Shown one piece after another: positions 17,701 through 27,565 of a DNA stretch of 54,959 nt. The stretch is from Methanobacteriota archaeon (GTDB taxonomy: Archaea > Thermoplasmatota > Thermoplasmata > UBA10834): positions 43,384-98,342 of the forward strand of contig CP070748.1 of the NCBI GenBank assembly GCA_020348345.1, read 5' to 3'. Position 1 is the first letter of the stretch, and the number at the start of each line of letters is the position of its first letter. Made by a program: the position numbers and the translations under genes. The notes under the pieces are model-generated. The model made no database searches. It saw only the letters and a program-made list of their open reading frames with translations, and was not told the DNA's origin.

Positions 17701-19132
17701 GGAGCCTTCGGACAAGGTCGCCTGGCATAGGCTGGGATTGCTGTATGTGGAGATGGAGATGTACGAGGAGGCAAACGATTGCTTGGACAGAACCTTGGAA
17801 CTGGATGATTCGAACCCCAAGGTGTGGATGAGCAAGGGGTTCGTGATGGAGCAGCTCGAGCTGCACCAGGAGGCCGCGGCTGCGTATGACCGCGCGATCG
17901 GCATCGACTCTAACGACAAGGAAGCGTGGAAAAGCAAAGGCTATGCAATGCTCAACGTGGGCAGCCCAGAGCAAGCTCTTAGATCTTTCGAACATGCGCT
18001 CACCATAGATCCGTATTTCGAAGCGGCTGTGGATGGGAGGAAGGCTGCAGAGGAGGAGATCCGGACCACGAAGATAGAGGAGTACTCCCGCGCTGTTCTT
18101 GACTTCGAGTACGCTCACGGGAGACCCGTTTCCAAGGAGGAGGCATTCAGAGTCTGCGGAATTCCCTTCGCGTTCCTCAACGACGTCCTGGACTACCTCA
18201 GCGATAGGAGCGAGGTGGTCCTTTCGGAGCTGTCGAGGGAGAGCTTCAACAAGTATGAACAGCTTTCGCGAGAAGTCCTTATCACTGTCATGCTGAAAAG
18301 GGACATCTCTGTCCATGGTCTGAGACTTTGCGATGTGACAGTCAACTTCCCGGATCTGAAGGTATCGAGCGCCAAGCGAATACTGAGCTACATCCAGACA
18401 GTGGAGACGCATCAGTTCACGCCGGAGGTGATGGATCCACAAACGGATTCGATGCTGAGACGAGCGCTCGAACTCCCAGGCGATCAGAAGAACGTCCTCG
18501 GACTGATAAGGAACCTGGGAGTAGGCGTCTACCAGGCACGGCAACTGGTGACCATCCTCATGACTTTCCACGAGGGCGGCGTCGATTCGCCCACAGTTTC
18601 ACTGAGTTCGATCGTGAGCGAGAGTTTCGGCGAATACTCCCCGTACGAAGGGGGCGCAGCGGAGGACGTCTTCTCTGCCGAACCTGATATGGAATCCCAG
18701 GAAGACGAGGACGCGGTCGACGAGGAGTACGAAGAGGAGCCACGACCGAAGAGGAAGACGGGTAGAAGCCATCAGAGAGCGAGGGCGCCGCATCCAAGAG
18801 GCGGAGGAAGGCACGCAGCAGCGAAGGAAGAGGACGAAGAGGAAGCCCCTTCCGACCTCGTCGGAAGGCGATGCCTCTTCCACGGAGGGATTGCGGTAAA
18901 AAGGTGCGGCAAATGCAAAGCCGTGCTGTGCAAGGAATGCATCAGAGGTTCGGACCGATGCCCTAGATGCAACACGCCCTTTGAAAAGGGCGCAGCAAGG
19001 CGTTCGAAGACGCAGTCGGAGGATGACGAAGACTCTGGGGAGAGCGAGCCGACGCAGGCAGACAGACCGGCCAAGAAGCCCAGAAAAAAGGGGGACGAAA
19101 GGGGCAAGCTCGAAGACATGTCGCGATTGTGA
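14732..19132 (+). CDS. Giant tetratricopeptide-repeat protein with C-terminal Zn finger
   Basis: About 1100 aa of 34-aa-periodic TPRs (e.g. W..KG..L...G.YEEA...F..AL.LDP), acidic linker, CLFH...CGKC...CKEC...CPRC; SD GGTGA + TTG. Confidence 0.88.
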   Translation: MGIFDSLLNKEKKLLNKANKELVKIDGLIKSGRKDEAFSGLRKQITQLNEGMASVDKMKPEFSTLLSTLASRSALLNEFRTAEDCANVALQLDSANPDAMAVLGEAALKLGRREDALSWYRKATEQRPDSPKYWSLLGNAHESLDEIADAIFSYRRVLELDSDSIAHYDKILKHEPKDIDIIKRKGDALSRLKRYADAVKVFRSGTDIQPKNKDLWVGMGAAMNFDGRPDDAIDALTKALKLDPKDAYILDSIGRIQHKIGKREEALKSFSAAVKIDPSNPILWNELGVVQEELDDFDKALGSFDKALEIQGDNLNVLLNKKKTLMKSERYLEAIEVCDKIMVLDAKNHETMLDKGRALFALERYDEALTFTDAALTLAPESRPAMKLKKDSLIKLNRHADVVEWSNRMLGVNPSDYETMHDKGIAQVKQEKIHDAIKTFEKALKSAPEQRPILESLKEAYKKVHKDVDVIHVCDRIIAIDASDKKANFDRAVALDRLDRADEAVIGYIGALEADPKNPRIFHNLAALFLRLGKTKEAMDYIKQGLSGSPKDAQLWRLKGKAAFTARDYAEAIKSWEKTLEIEPDDSGTSKYLGRALVEVNRYEEALARYESVLKTDAKDSEAWTLKAEVLSLLERFDEALSATRQALRLSPNTASLLVSEGKILVKLNRREDALASYNSALSASPMDAEILNEKKELLKSLKRYDEVIQTCDEILSVRQNDKEAYIDRGSAALFLKKPSDALFAFNKALAIDDADLDTLELKKLSLIELDDSEAVVDVCDRILELSPKNKVAFSDRAGALEKLDRHEEALQSYEKAIALDQKDVFLWNRKGSLLLNAGKAAQAAEAFEHALKLDSNQPFILNNRGKAYLELRRFEESLADFEKAIKILPKVPDFHTDRGRALAAMGRYDESVDSFNEARRYSPNDISALKYMGMALLKLNRISEALGCFDEALRQGAIDKDLWIARAKASEAEGNKQEAVKSYLKALEMEPSDKVAWHRLGLLYVEMEMYEEANDCLDRTLELDDSNPKVWMSKGFVMEQLELHQEAAAAYDRAIGIDSNDKEAWKSKGYAMLNVGSPEQALRSFEHALTIDPYFEAAVDGRKAAEEEIRTTKIEEYSRAVLDFEYAHGRPVSKEEAFRVCGIPFAFLNDVLDYLSDRSEVVLSELSRESFNKYEQLSREVLITVMLKRDISVHGLRLCDVTVNFPDLKVSSAKRILSYIQTVETHQFTPEVMDPQTDSMLRRALELPGDQKNVLGLIRNLGVGVYQARQLVTILMTFHEGGVDSPTVSLSSIVSESFGEYSPYEGGAAEDVFSAEPDMESQEDEDAVDEEYEEEPRPKRKTGRSHQRARAPHPRGGGRHAAAKEEDEEEAPSDLVGRRCLFHGGIAVKRCGKCKAVLCKECIRGSDRCPRCNTPFEKGAARRSKTQSEDDEDSGESEPTQADRPAKKPRKKGDERGKLEDMSRL

Positions 19133-19143
19133 AACGCGCGCGT

Positions 19144-19626
19144 CTAGTCATGCAGACGTTTGGCGAGCTCCGCGATTCTCCGGCCGTATCTGATGCACAT
19201 CTTCTCCACGCGCTTGTCGGGAGCACCAATCGACACCGGGCCATAGTGGTCTCCCTCAGGATCTCCGTACAGAATCATACCGTGGATCATCAACGCTTCC
19301 AGTAATGCAATTACCGTGGTCTCGTTGCCTCCGCCCACGTTATAGCTCGACGCGAAAGCCCCGCCAACCTTCCCGTCCAACTCTCCATGATACTTGATGC
19401 TCTTATCCAACAGCATCTTGATCTCGGCGGACATGAGACCATAGTAGGTTGGCGACCCGATCACAATCGCGTCAAAATCGAGCAACATCCTCGGAGTGAC
19501 ATCCTTCACATCCTTCGTTGTGACCTCAACGCCTCCTGATGCGATCCCCTTCTCGATGAGCTGGGCCATCTTCTTCGTATTGCCTGACCGAGAGTAATAG
19601 CAGACCAACGCCTTTGCCGTAGCCAT
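19144..19626 (-). CDS. Flavodoxin-like WrbA family NAD(P)H-dependent oxidoreductase
   Basis: YYSRSGNTKKMA FMN-binding loop, GSPTYYG, GKVGGAF, GGGNET. Confidence 0.85.
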   Translation of the reverse strand: MATAKALVCYYSRSGNTKKMAQLIEKGIASGGVEVTTKDVKDVTPRMLLDFDAIVIGSPTYYGLMSAEIKMLLDKSIKYHGELDGKVGGAFASSYNVGGGNETTVIALLEALMIHGMILYGDPEGDHYGPVSIGAPDKRVEKMCIRYGRRIAELAKRLHD

Positions 19627-19815
19627 CACCGACTCCACAGAAATGGCCGAACAGTCTATTAGTGATTTCCATCATCCCTGCTCGCGCGGCCGACGCAGCC
19701 GCCAAATCAACGATATCGAACCAGACACATTTCACAGGCATGGCATCGAATGGCAGACACAAAGCTTGAAATGGTTACCGATTCCTTGCCCCCATTGCTC
19801 AGGAATGCTAGCGAC

Positions 19816-20298
19816 ATGAGAGTCTGTAACCGATGCCGACAGGAAACAGAAGAAATGTTCTGTCCGAGCTGCCGGGTGCTCACCTCGATTCCCAGGGAAA
19901 GAAGGGAGCCGGCGACCTCCGTTGCAGGCGAAGTCTTCGAGTGCACGGTATGGCAGGCGCCGAATCGCTCAAGAGGCATCGAGGTTACCACTCATCAGAG
20001 AGACAAGTTCTTCTCAAGGGACACTGACATGGTAGTGCTGCACATAGAAGGAGTCAGGACGATAGCCAAACTGGGTCCCGCATTCTGGAAGAAACCCGCC
20101 GTGATCAAGAAGGCTGTCGGGGAGGACGGCAGGGAGAAACTCGCTAAATTCATTGAGAAACATCATCTGCTTCCTCCTGACCAATCATTGAAGGAAAAGG
20201 GCATCGTTGACACAGTGGTTTTTGAGGTAGCCATCCCTTCTGAGGAATTCAAGATCTCAGTTGCAGAGCGAGCGGAAGGAGAAAGCCCCCTCGACTAG
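19816..20298 (+). CDS. Hypothetical protein with N-terminal Zn ribbon
   Basis: MRVCNRC...FCPSC; open frame with typical codon usage; start could be 19750. Confidence 0.65.
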   Translation: MRVCNRCRQETEEMFCPSCRVLTSIPRERREPATSVAGEVFECTVWQAPNRSRGIEVTTHQRDKFFSRDTDMVVLHIEGVRTIAKLGPAFWKKPAVIKKAVGEDGREKLAKFIEKHHLLPPDQSLKEKGIVDTVVFEVAIPSEEFKISVAERAEGESPLD

Positions 20299-21497
20299 AC
20301 AAGCTTTAGTTCGCTGCCAACCTTTTCAAACGCCAATATCGCCTCATCAAGCTCCTCACGTGTGAGCGCGGCGTTCATGATCGTCCTTATTCTCGCGCTG
20401 TCTTTGGAGACCATGGGATGGACTATGGGGAGTGCGAACACCCCTAGATCGTACAGTCTTCTGCTGAAAACCTTGGCTGCAGCGCTCTCGCCGATCATTA
20501 TAGGCACAATGGGAGTTTGGCTCTTGCCGGTATCGAATCCTGCGTTCTGGATGCCTCTTCTGAAGTAGTCGGTGTTCAGCCAGAGATTCTTCACGTGCTG
20601 AGGCTCTGTCTCGAGCACATCAACGGCCGCAATGCACGCAGCGGCCACTGCCGGTGGATGCGAACCGCTCAGCAGCCACGTTCTGGACTTGTTGAGGGCG
20701 AATTTCACCAGACTTTCGCTGCCGGAAACGTGGCCGCCTACCACTCCGAACGCCTTCGAGAACGTCCCCATTTCAACGTGGACATCATCGCGGTTCAGAC
20801 CGAAGTGGGAGACTATGCCTCTGCCTCCTTCCCCCATCACGCCCTCACCATGCGCGTCGTCAACGTAGACCATCGCGCCGTGATCCGCTGCAATCCCAGA
20901 GATGTGGTCCAACGGAGCGATATCGCCATCCATGCTGAACACGCCATCCGTTATCAGCAGTATCCTGCGATAAGGCGGGGAATGCTCTTCCGCATTCGCC
21001 AGCACCTCCTCGAGATGGGCATGGTCGCAATGCTTGTACACGGCTCTGTCGGCCTTGGACAGCCTCACACCATCTATTATGCTGCCGTGATTCAACTCGT
21101 CGCTGACAATCAGATCCCCTGAATCGGCCAGCTGAGGTATCAGTCCGGCGTTCGCTGCGAATCCCGTCTGATACACAAGGGATGCCTCCGCCCTCTTGAA
21201 CGCGGCTAAACGCGTCTCAAGCTCAGCATGAAGGTCCATGTTGCCCGCGATGGGTCTGACGGAGCCTGAGCCCGCACCATGGCTTCTTATTGCGGTGATT
21301 GCGGCATCCTTCACTTTCGGGTGGTTGCTCAAGTTGAGGTAGTTGTTCGAACATAGCATGAGTACGTCTCGACCGTCGACATTGCAGCGCGGCTGACTCG
21401 CACCTCCGAGCACCCTCAGCTTCCAATCGAGTTCCCGCTCTACGAGTGCCCGATACTCTTCTTCCATGAAGGAAACAGGATCTCTCTTCGTCATCAT
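20295..21497 (-). CDS. kbl: Glycine C-acetyltransferase (2-amino-3-ketobutyrate CoA ligase)
   Basis: CSNNYL, DGVFSMDGD, DDAHG, GTFSKAFG (PLP Lys); follows tdh. Confidence 0.85.
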   Translation of the reverse strand: MMTKRDPVSFMEEEYRALVERELDWKLRVLGGASQPRCNVDGRDVLMLCSNNYLNLSNHPKVKDAAITAIRSHGAGSGSVRPIAGNMDLHAELETRLAAFKRAEASLVYQTGFAANAGLIPQLADSGDLIVSDELNHGSIIDGVRLSKADRAVYKHCDHAHLEEVLANAEEHSPPYRRILLITDGVFSMDGDIAPLDHISGIAADHGAMVYVDDAHGEGVMGEGGRGIVSHFGLNRDDVHVEMGTFSKAFGVVGGHVSGSESLVKFALNKSRTWLLSGSHPPAVAAACIAAVDVLETEPQHVKNLWLNTDYFRRGIQNAGFDTGKSQTPIVPIMIGESAAAKVFSRRLYDLGVFALPIVHPMVSKDSARIRTIMNAALTREELDEAILAFEKVGSELKLV

Positions 21498-21498
21498 C

Positions 21499-22566
21499 TC
21501 ACCATTCGGGAATCATCGAGACCTTCGCGGAACGTTTGGAGTGTATCAGCTCCATCCCTGATTCTATATCCCTTATGGGCAGCGTATGAGATATGATCAT
21601 TGAAAGCTTCTCCCCGAAATGTTGGTTCTCAAGTATCCTGTTCATCTCATCCCAAGTCTCGAACATCTTCCTACCTGTAATTCCGTAGACGACAGCTGAC
21701 TTGAAGGTGATCGCGTTGTTGATGTCGATCTTCACGGGATCAGGGTATAGGCCAAGAATCGAGGCTCTACCTCCTGGTGTGAGCACGTCGAGAGCCAATC
21801 TCAGAGCCGTCGACGAGCCGGACATCTCCAACGATACATCGACACCGTTCTCGTCTGTCTCGTTCATAACAGCGGACGCCAGTTGATCGTTGCCCAGCGA
21901 AGCGTCGAGCACGGCGTCCGCACCCATCTTGCCAGCCAAGTCAAATCTGACCCGCTCGCTGCCCATCTCGGACGCGATGACCTTTCTGGCGCCGAGCGTC
22001 TTGAGCATGGCAATAGCCATGAGTCCTATCGGTCCGCATCCGGCGACGAAAACCGTCATACCTCGAACATCATCAGCACATTCATTTGGCAAGACTGCGA
22101 AGGTGGCGTTACCCAACGGTTCAAGCAGGGAACCAAGCTTCGGGTCAAGACCTGGTGGAAGCTTCCTTGCGTTCATTGCGGGTATACGGATGTACTCTGC
22201 GAACACGCCATCGATATCGACTCCGAGGATGCTCATATTCCGACAGACATGCATCCTGCCGATTCTGCACTGATAACATTCCTTGTCTACGATGTGAGTC
22301 TCGGCCGCAACGATATCTCCTACCGAAACGCCATCCACATCCGAGCCTGTCTCAACGACCTCGCCGCAAGCTTCATGGCCTATTATCATCGGGAGTTTCT
22401 TGACCCGCCTTTCCGCCCAGTGGTTCCACTTCCATATATGGACGTCCGTGCCACATATGGAGCAGTATTTCATCTCAAGCAGTACATCTCCCGAACCGAC
22501 GACTGGTTTCGGTACCGATTCTATCTCAGCGCCAGCCGCCCTTCGCCTCTTCACCACGGCATACAT
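21499..22566 (-). CDS. tdh: L-threonine 3-dehydrogenase (Zn-dependent)
   Basis: SICGTDVHIW, GHE, AETHIV, EPLGNA, GITGRKMFETW. Confidence 0.88.
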   Translation of the reverse strand: MYAVVKRRRAAGAEIESVPKPVVGSGDVLLEMKYCSICGTDVHIWKWNHWAERRVKKLPMIIGHEACGEVVETGSDVDGVSVGDIVAAETHIVDKECYQCRIGRMHVCRNMSILGVDIDGVFAEYIRIPAMNARKLPPGLDPKLGSLLEPLGNATFAVLPNECADDVRGMTVFVAGCGPIGLMAIAMLKTLGARKVIASEMGSERVRFDLAGKMGADAVLDASLGNDQLASAVMNETDENGVDVSLEMSGSSTALRLALDVLTPGGRASILGLYPDPVKIDINNAITFKSAVVYGITGRKMFETWDEMNRILENQHFGEKLSMIISHTLPIRDIESGMELIHSKRSAKVSMIPEW

Positions 22567-22661
22567 GCAACGCAGGCTCCGTTCGCAGATGTGGTGACGG
22601 TATTCCTGCTCTTAAGTGATTTGCCGGTACCAACAGGTAGATGCCTTGTACACTGGATAAT

Positions 22662-23429
22662 TCATCTCTCAATATCCTCTCCGCCTTCCAACGCCTGCTG
22701 AACGGCGGAGTAGATGTCGGCCATGCCGTCATAGGTATCGCAACTGACCAGGCTGAAATCCATTATCGCCCCGACGTTGTCGATTGCCTGCAGGAACTCC
22801 AAGCTGATTTGGGTCTGGGCATCAATTGACTCATCGCATAGTGCGCTCCACAATGCCTGCGGATCATGACTCCACGTTTCCACTGTGTCGGCCTCCAGTT
22901 CCGACAGCAGGTCTGCCTTCGCGAGGACAGTCATCATGGGGATGGGAACCCTGAAGTGAACGGTCAGGGAGAGCAGCAACGAGGTCACCAAGCCGTTCGG
23001 ATTCTTCACCAAAACGGGGTCGAGAAGGAACGCGAGCATGGACATCTCAGCGCCAATTCCATCGACGACAGCCCTGCTGCTCTGTCGGAAGGCGAAGAGT
23101 TCAAGCTGCCCGGGCGTGTCGAGCAATGCATAATCCGCGTCGAAACTGTTGATGACATCTGTCACCTCCCCTATATTGAGTGCCAGCATGTCTGCCGCGA
23201 GTATCTGAGCGCCGTTCGGGCCAAGCGAGTACTCCTTCATGATCTCCGAAATGTGGATCCAGTCCCTCACATCGACGTCCGGTTCGTAGGGAAGGGCATC
23301 GCAGCCAGGATCCAGATTCACCGCTATAGAGTCGTATCCCTCATTCTTCAGCCATTGGCCGAATGCGCTGGTTAGAGTGCTCTTTCCAGAGCCCGCAGTG
23401 CCCACGAAATAGAGGTTCTTCCGCGACAA
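22662..23429 (-). CDS. GPN-loop GTPase
   Basis: GTAGSGKST, NLDPG, LGPNGA, DTPGQLE. Confidence 0.92.
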   Translation of the reverse strand: MSRKNLYFVGTAGSGKSTLTSAFGQWLKNEGYDSIAVNLDPGCDALPYEPDVDVRDWIHISEIMKEYSLGPNGAQILAADMLALNIGEVTDVINSFDADYALLDTPGQLELFAFRQSSRAVVDGIGAEMSMLAFLLDPVLVKNPNGLVTSLLLSLTVHFRVPIPMMTVLAKADLLSELEADTVETWSHDPQALWSALCDESIDAQTQISLEFLQAIDNVGAIMDFSLVSCDTYDGMADIYSAVQQALEGGEDIER

Positions 23430-23571
23430 CTCATTTGCCTCCCAGGAACACTGGCAAATACACCCGAGACCGCCTCAGGTTCCAGGGAAGCGATTGGGTG
23501 TTCGACTCATTAAGCTTTTCTTGCGGCCGTCGCTCCGATGAAACGCACTTCTGCGTCTAATGATGGAAAGG

Positions 23572-23675
23572 CGGGCTCGAAGGGATTCGAACCCTTGACC
23601 CACCGGTATCTCCTATGAGTCCCGATGGGCTTCGCAGTAAGAGCCGGTTGCTCTACCTAGCTGAGCTACGAGCCC
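23572..23675 (-). tRNA. tRNA-Lys(CTT) with 30-nt intron (23608-23637)
   Basis: Acceptor GGGCTCG/CGAGCCC-G, anticodon stem ACCGG/CCGGT with loop CT CTT A|A, T arm AAGGG-TTCGAAT-CCCTT; BHB central helix CTCT/GGAG; TTTATTAA TATA at 23701-23708. Confidence 0.93.
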
Positions 23676-23902
23676 GCAAATCGGCAGTATATTCTTGCCG
23701 TTAATAAACCTATCGCGGTATGGACTTGGGCTCTAGTTGTCTGGCTAGACGAAAAACCATCAGGTGCAATGCGATAAAATCGTGACCCTTCGATGGTGCA
23801 CGCCGCGAATTGAGGGCGTGATTGGTATCAGCCGTGTAACCCGTCGATGGCTGGGCATGAAGGGAAAGGGTTTAACAAGCGGATAGGCATTGCAGCTGAA
23901 GG

Positions 23903-24676
23903 ATGCACGATTCCTCAATCGCGGTGCTTAGCAGTGGAAGCTGCGGCAATTCGATTCTGGTCTCTTCGGATGAGACCTCCCTGCTGGTCGATGCGGGGAT
24001 ATCATGCAAGGAGTTGGAGCGACGGCTCTCCTTGTTTGGAACCGATCCGTCACGAATAGACGCGATTCTCCTCACACACGAGCATACGGATCATAACAGA
24101 GGCGCCCAGAGGTTCTGCAGGACACATGGCGTTCCTCTCTACGGCACTGAGGGCACGCTGGCACTGACCCCCCACGACGATGCAAAGCGTGTGACATTGT
24201 CCCGACGCCGAGCTTTCGAAGTCGGCGACGTGTCGGTACAACCCTTCCCGGTCATGCACCTCGCAGCGGATCCCGTAGCCTACTCTTTGACCATTGACGA
24301 AGAAAAGTTGTCCATCGCCTCCGACCTTGGATGCCTCACAAAAGGTGTCGTGGATGAGATGACGGGGGCGACCATACTCATGATCGAGGCGAACTACGAC
24401 GACGCTATGTTGAGAATAGGGAGCTATCCCAGCTTTCTGAAGAAGGCAATCCTGAGTGATCACGGTCACCTCTCTAACGACGGCGCGGGAGATCTGAGTA
24501 TTCAAGCCGCATCCGATTCCCTGAGAGATATCGTGCTCCTCCACCTCAGCAAGGACAACAACAGATCAGACATCGCCAGAGACACGGTATCCAGCCGCAT
24601 TGACGAGGCGATGCCGAATGTACGGGTTACTCCGACAGAGCATGGGTCTCACAGTGGGCCTTTCAGATTACGGTGA
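23903..24676 (+). CDS. Metallo-beta-lactamase fold hydrolase (YycJ/WalJ-like)
   Basis: SSGSCGN, LVDAG, THEHTDH, IEANYD, GHLSN, LLHLSKDNN. Confidence 0.85.
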   Translation: MHDSSIAVLSSGSCGNSILVSSDETSLLVDAGISCKELERRLSLFGTDPSRIDAILLTHEHTDHNRGAQRFCRTHGVPLYGTEGTLALTPHDDAKRVTLSRRRAFEVGDVSVQPFPVMHLAADPVAYSLTIDEEKLSIASDLGCLTKGVVDEMTGATILMIEANYDDAMLRIGSYPSFLKKAILSDHGHLSNDGAGDLSIQAASDSLRDIVLLHLSKDNNRSDIARDTVSSRIDEAMPNVRVTPTEHGSHSGPFRLR

Positions 24677-25327
24677 CTCGATGACCCGTATCTTGCCATG
24701 AGACGCAAGCGCGTCAGCTATGCCCTTCGGAAGAGCTATCAAATCCTCCTTTCGAAGGGTGTAATCCTTGTCGACGCCAGCGAATGTGGGCACGTCCTCA
24801 AGGACACGTACCAACACGAGCGGCTTGGCATCATCTGTCTTCACCGATGAGGGCTTCTCCTCCTCTCCAGCTTCTGGCTCAACCGTTTCGGAAAGGCGCA
24901 CAATATCCTTGGGATTTGAGAACCGCGGTCCGGAGCCCTCTATGTCCGCGTTGCTATCCCTATGGGCACCCAATACAGATACAAGGCTCGAGTAGAGAAC
25001 AAGCTCATCCGGAGTGAGGTTGCCTGTTTCGGGGTTATCGCCCGCGACCTTCCTCAGAGCCAGGAGAGCGATTTTGCGCTGGCGCAGCTCGTAGATTCTC
25101 TTCGCCTTGTCGCTGGCCTTCTTAAGCTGGTCGCTGAGCATCATGCTAGTTTGCGAGCTGGGGTTCGTCGCGATCTCCCTCTCGTTCTCCTTGCGTAGGC
25201 TGCGGACATAGGAGCCCATCTTCTGATAAAGGTCTGGATCGACCTTGCTGAGCTGAGGTGAACCGTACTCCTGTCTGAAGAGCGCCATGATTTCCTCATA
25301 TCCCAAGTCCCCCCTTTTTGCGGCCAT
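24668..25327 (-). CDS. DNA replication factor GINS family protein
   Basis: Helical A domain (LSKVDPDLY...IYELRQRKI...LTPDE) and B domain VLVRVLEDVPTFAGVD...L..EDLIALP. Confidence 0.8.
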   Translation of the reverse strand: MAAKRGDLGYEEIMALFRQEYGSPQLSKVDPDLYQKMGSYVRSLRKENEREIATNPSSQTSMMLSDQLKKASDKAKRIYELRQRKIALLALRKVAGDNPETGNLTPDELVLYSSLVSVLGAHRDSNADIEGSGPRFSNPKDIVRLSETVEPEAGEEEKPSSVKTDDAKPLVLVRVLEDVPTFAGVDKDYTLRKEDLIALPKGIADALASHGKIRVIESP

Positions 25328-25420
25328 CACTCGCCAATACATCAACTACGTATTTGATGCTTGTGCGGTCGGCATCGAAAAGGTTTTTGACAAGGGCCTT
25401 TTCTCTCGCTATTGTTGAAG

Positions 25421-25726
25421 ATGCCCTCAGGCAGGTTCGTAGAGGCGACGGCGGGCGGATGTGTGATAGCAATTGACGTATCCCCCGAGGCAGGATCCAC
25501 GGAGATCGTTGGTATCAATGAATGGCGAGGCACGCTGCATATCAGGGTTGGTGCAGCGCCAGTGAAGGGAAAGGCCAATGAAGAGCTCCGCAGAGTCTTG
25601 TCCGAGGCGCTCGGCCTGGAGAAGAGCAAGATCAAGATCATTAAAGGCGCGCGGTCGAACCGGAAGAAGGTATTTGTTGAGCTTCCCCCTGAAGATGTAG
25701 AACAGCGTTTGGGTCGATGCGTATGA
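25421..25726 (+). CDS. DUF167/YggU family protein
   Basis: AAPVKGKANEEL...IIKGARSNRKKV. Confidence 0.85.
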   Translation: MPSGRFVEATAGGCVIAIDVSPEAGSTEIVGINEWRGTLHIRVGAAPVKGKANEELRRVLSEALGLEKSKIKIIKGARSNRKKVFVELPPEDVEQRLGRCV

Positions 25727-26127
25727 TGTCGCCAGAAGAGAGACTCGATCAGATCATGAGAATATTGGAAGAGCTGGAAGCACTCAGTGAGGAGATGCCG
25801 GTCATCGTCGAGGGGTTGAGAGATGTAGAAGCGCTTCAGCTGCTAGGCGTGAAGAAGAACGTCATCAGTCTCAGCAAGGGAATGTCGATCTTCGCATTCT
25901 GTGAATCACTCTCCAAGGAATGGAACTCGGTTCTGATACTCACTGACTGGGATAGGAAAGGAGGACGACTGGCCAGGAAGCTCAGGGAAGCTCTCATGGC
26001 GAACGGCGCGAAACCGATGGAGACCGTAAGAACGCGGCTGGCATATCTTGTGAAGAAGGAGGTCAAGGATATTGAGAGCCTCCCTACATATCTGAGGAGG
26101 TTGCGTCTCCAGGTCGGTATTCCATAG
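25723..26127 (+). CDS. Small TOPRIM domain protein
   Basis: VIVEGLRD and ILTDWDRKG TOPRIM motifs. Confidence 0.85.
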   Translation: MMSPEERLDQIMRILEELEALSEEMPVIVEGLRDVEALQLLGVKKNVISLSKGMSIFAFCESLSKEWNSVLILTDWDRKGGRLARKLREALMANGAKPMETVRTRLAYLVKKEVKDIESLPTYLRRLRLQVGIP

Positions 26128-26233
26128 GCCGGTTCCTCTACTGCATGGATTGCATAGCACTAGGCCAAGGCCGACCTCCGCGCCAAACAGGAAAGAAGGC
26201 TTTTAATCATCGGATTGCCATGAAACACTTGCG

Positions 26234-27565
26234 ATGCGCCAACAAGAGTGCCAGGCTCAGATGCTTTCGAAGCTTGGACTTGCATCCATCGAAGACCTCT
26301 TCGATGACGTGCCGAAGGACGTCCGAACGAAAGGACTGCATCTACCGGACGGCGTAGACGAGATTCGACTATCCCGAGGACTTCAAGAACTTCTCAGACC
26401 CAATAGGCCAGCTTCCGATTGGCTGAGCTTCCTCGGAGCAGGAGTCTACTATCACCACATACCTGCCGCGGTGAAGACCATCATCTCACGCTCGGAGTTC
26501 AGCACATCGTATACGCCGTATCAATCGGAGATCAGCCAGGGTATGCTCCAGGCGCTGTTCGAATATCAATCGTTCATGGTGGAACTCACAGGGATGGATA
26601 TTGTCAACAGCAGCATGTACGACTCATCCACTGCGCTTGGAGAGGCCGTCCTGATGAGCCATCGGATGTCTGGCGGCAGCATATTCCTTTCAAGCAGAGC
26701 TGTGAGCCCTGAGAAACTCTCAGTCGCGCAACTGTACGCGAAAGGTGCTGATGTCACGGTAGACACCGTGGACTACGATCGAGAATCCGGGTTGATTGAC
26801 ATCAACGATCTCGAATCGAAGGTTACCGATGACGTTACCGGGTTCTACTTCGAGACGCCGAACCTCTTCGGTGTACTAGAGTCCGAATGGAAGACTGTCC
26901 GCGAGATACTGGGCGACAAAGCCGTTGTCATAGGCGTGAACCCTCTTGCCCTGGCAGTAATGATGCCACCGGGAGAGATGGGGGCAGACATAGTCGTAGG
27001 CGACGCGCAGCCGTTGGGCGTCTCCATGAGCCTCGGAGGGCCCTCGATAGGCTTATTCGGCTGCAGAGCGGAACACCTCCGCAAGATGCCGGGACGCATC
27101 GTTGGGATGACTGAGGATGTCGAAAGAACGCGCTCCTTCTGTATGACGCTTCAAACCAGGGAGCAGCACATACGACGCAGCCGAGCCACCTCGAACATCT
27201 GCACCAATGAAGCACTCCTTGCCGTTGCCGTCGCGGCTCATATGGGACTTCTCGGCAGGACTGGCCTCAGGAAGACCGCCCTTGAGAATCTCACCAATAT
27301 GAAAGAACTCGCAGCAGGAATCGATTCACTCGATGCATTCTCCGCGCCTGTGTTCGATTCTCCGCATTTTAACGAGTTCGTCATTAGATCGCCCGTCGGA
27401 ATCGACCGTTTGAACGAACACCTGATGACAAAGAAGATACATGGCGTGCTGGCAATCGACAGATGGTTTCCTGAATTGAAAGACTGCGCCCTTGTCACAA
27501 CCACTGAAATGCACACACCTGAAGACCATAGAAGACTGATTGACGCGATGGGGGCGATCCGATGA
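26234..27565 (+). CDS. gcvPA: Glycine dehydrogenase (decarboxylating) subunit 1
   Basis: [43 protein letters not shown]. Confidence 0.95.
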   Translation: MRQQECQAQMLSKLGLASIEDLFDDVPKDVRTKGLHLPDGVDEIRLSRGLQELLRPNRPASDWLSFLGAGVYYHHIPAAVKTIISRSEFSTSYTPYQSEISQGMLQALFEYQSFMVELTGMDIVNSSMYDSSTALGEAVLMSHRMSGGSIFLSSRAVSPEKLSVAQLYAKGADVTVDTVDYDRESGLIDINDLESKVTDDVTGFYFETPNLFGVLESEWKTVREILGDKAVVIGVNPLALAVMMPPGEMGADIVVGDAQPLGVSMSLGGPSIGLFGCRAEHLRKMPGRIVGMTEDVERTRSFCMTLQTREQHIRRSRATSNICTNEALLAVAVAAHMGLLGRTGLRKTALENLTNMKELAAGIDSLDAFSAPVFDSPHFNEFVIRSPVGIDRLNEHLMTKKIHGVLAIDRWFPELKDCALVTTTEMHTPEDHRRLIDAMGAIR

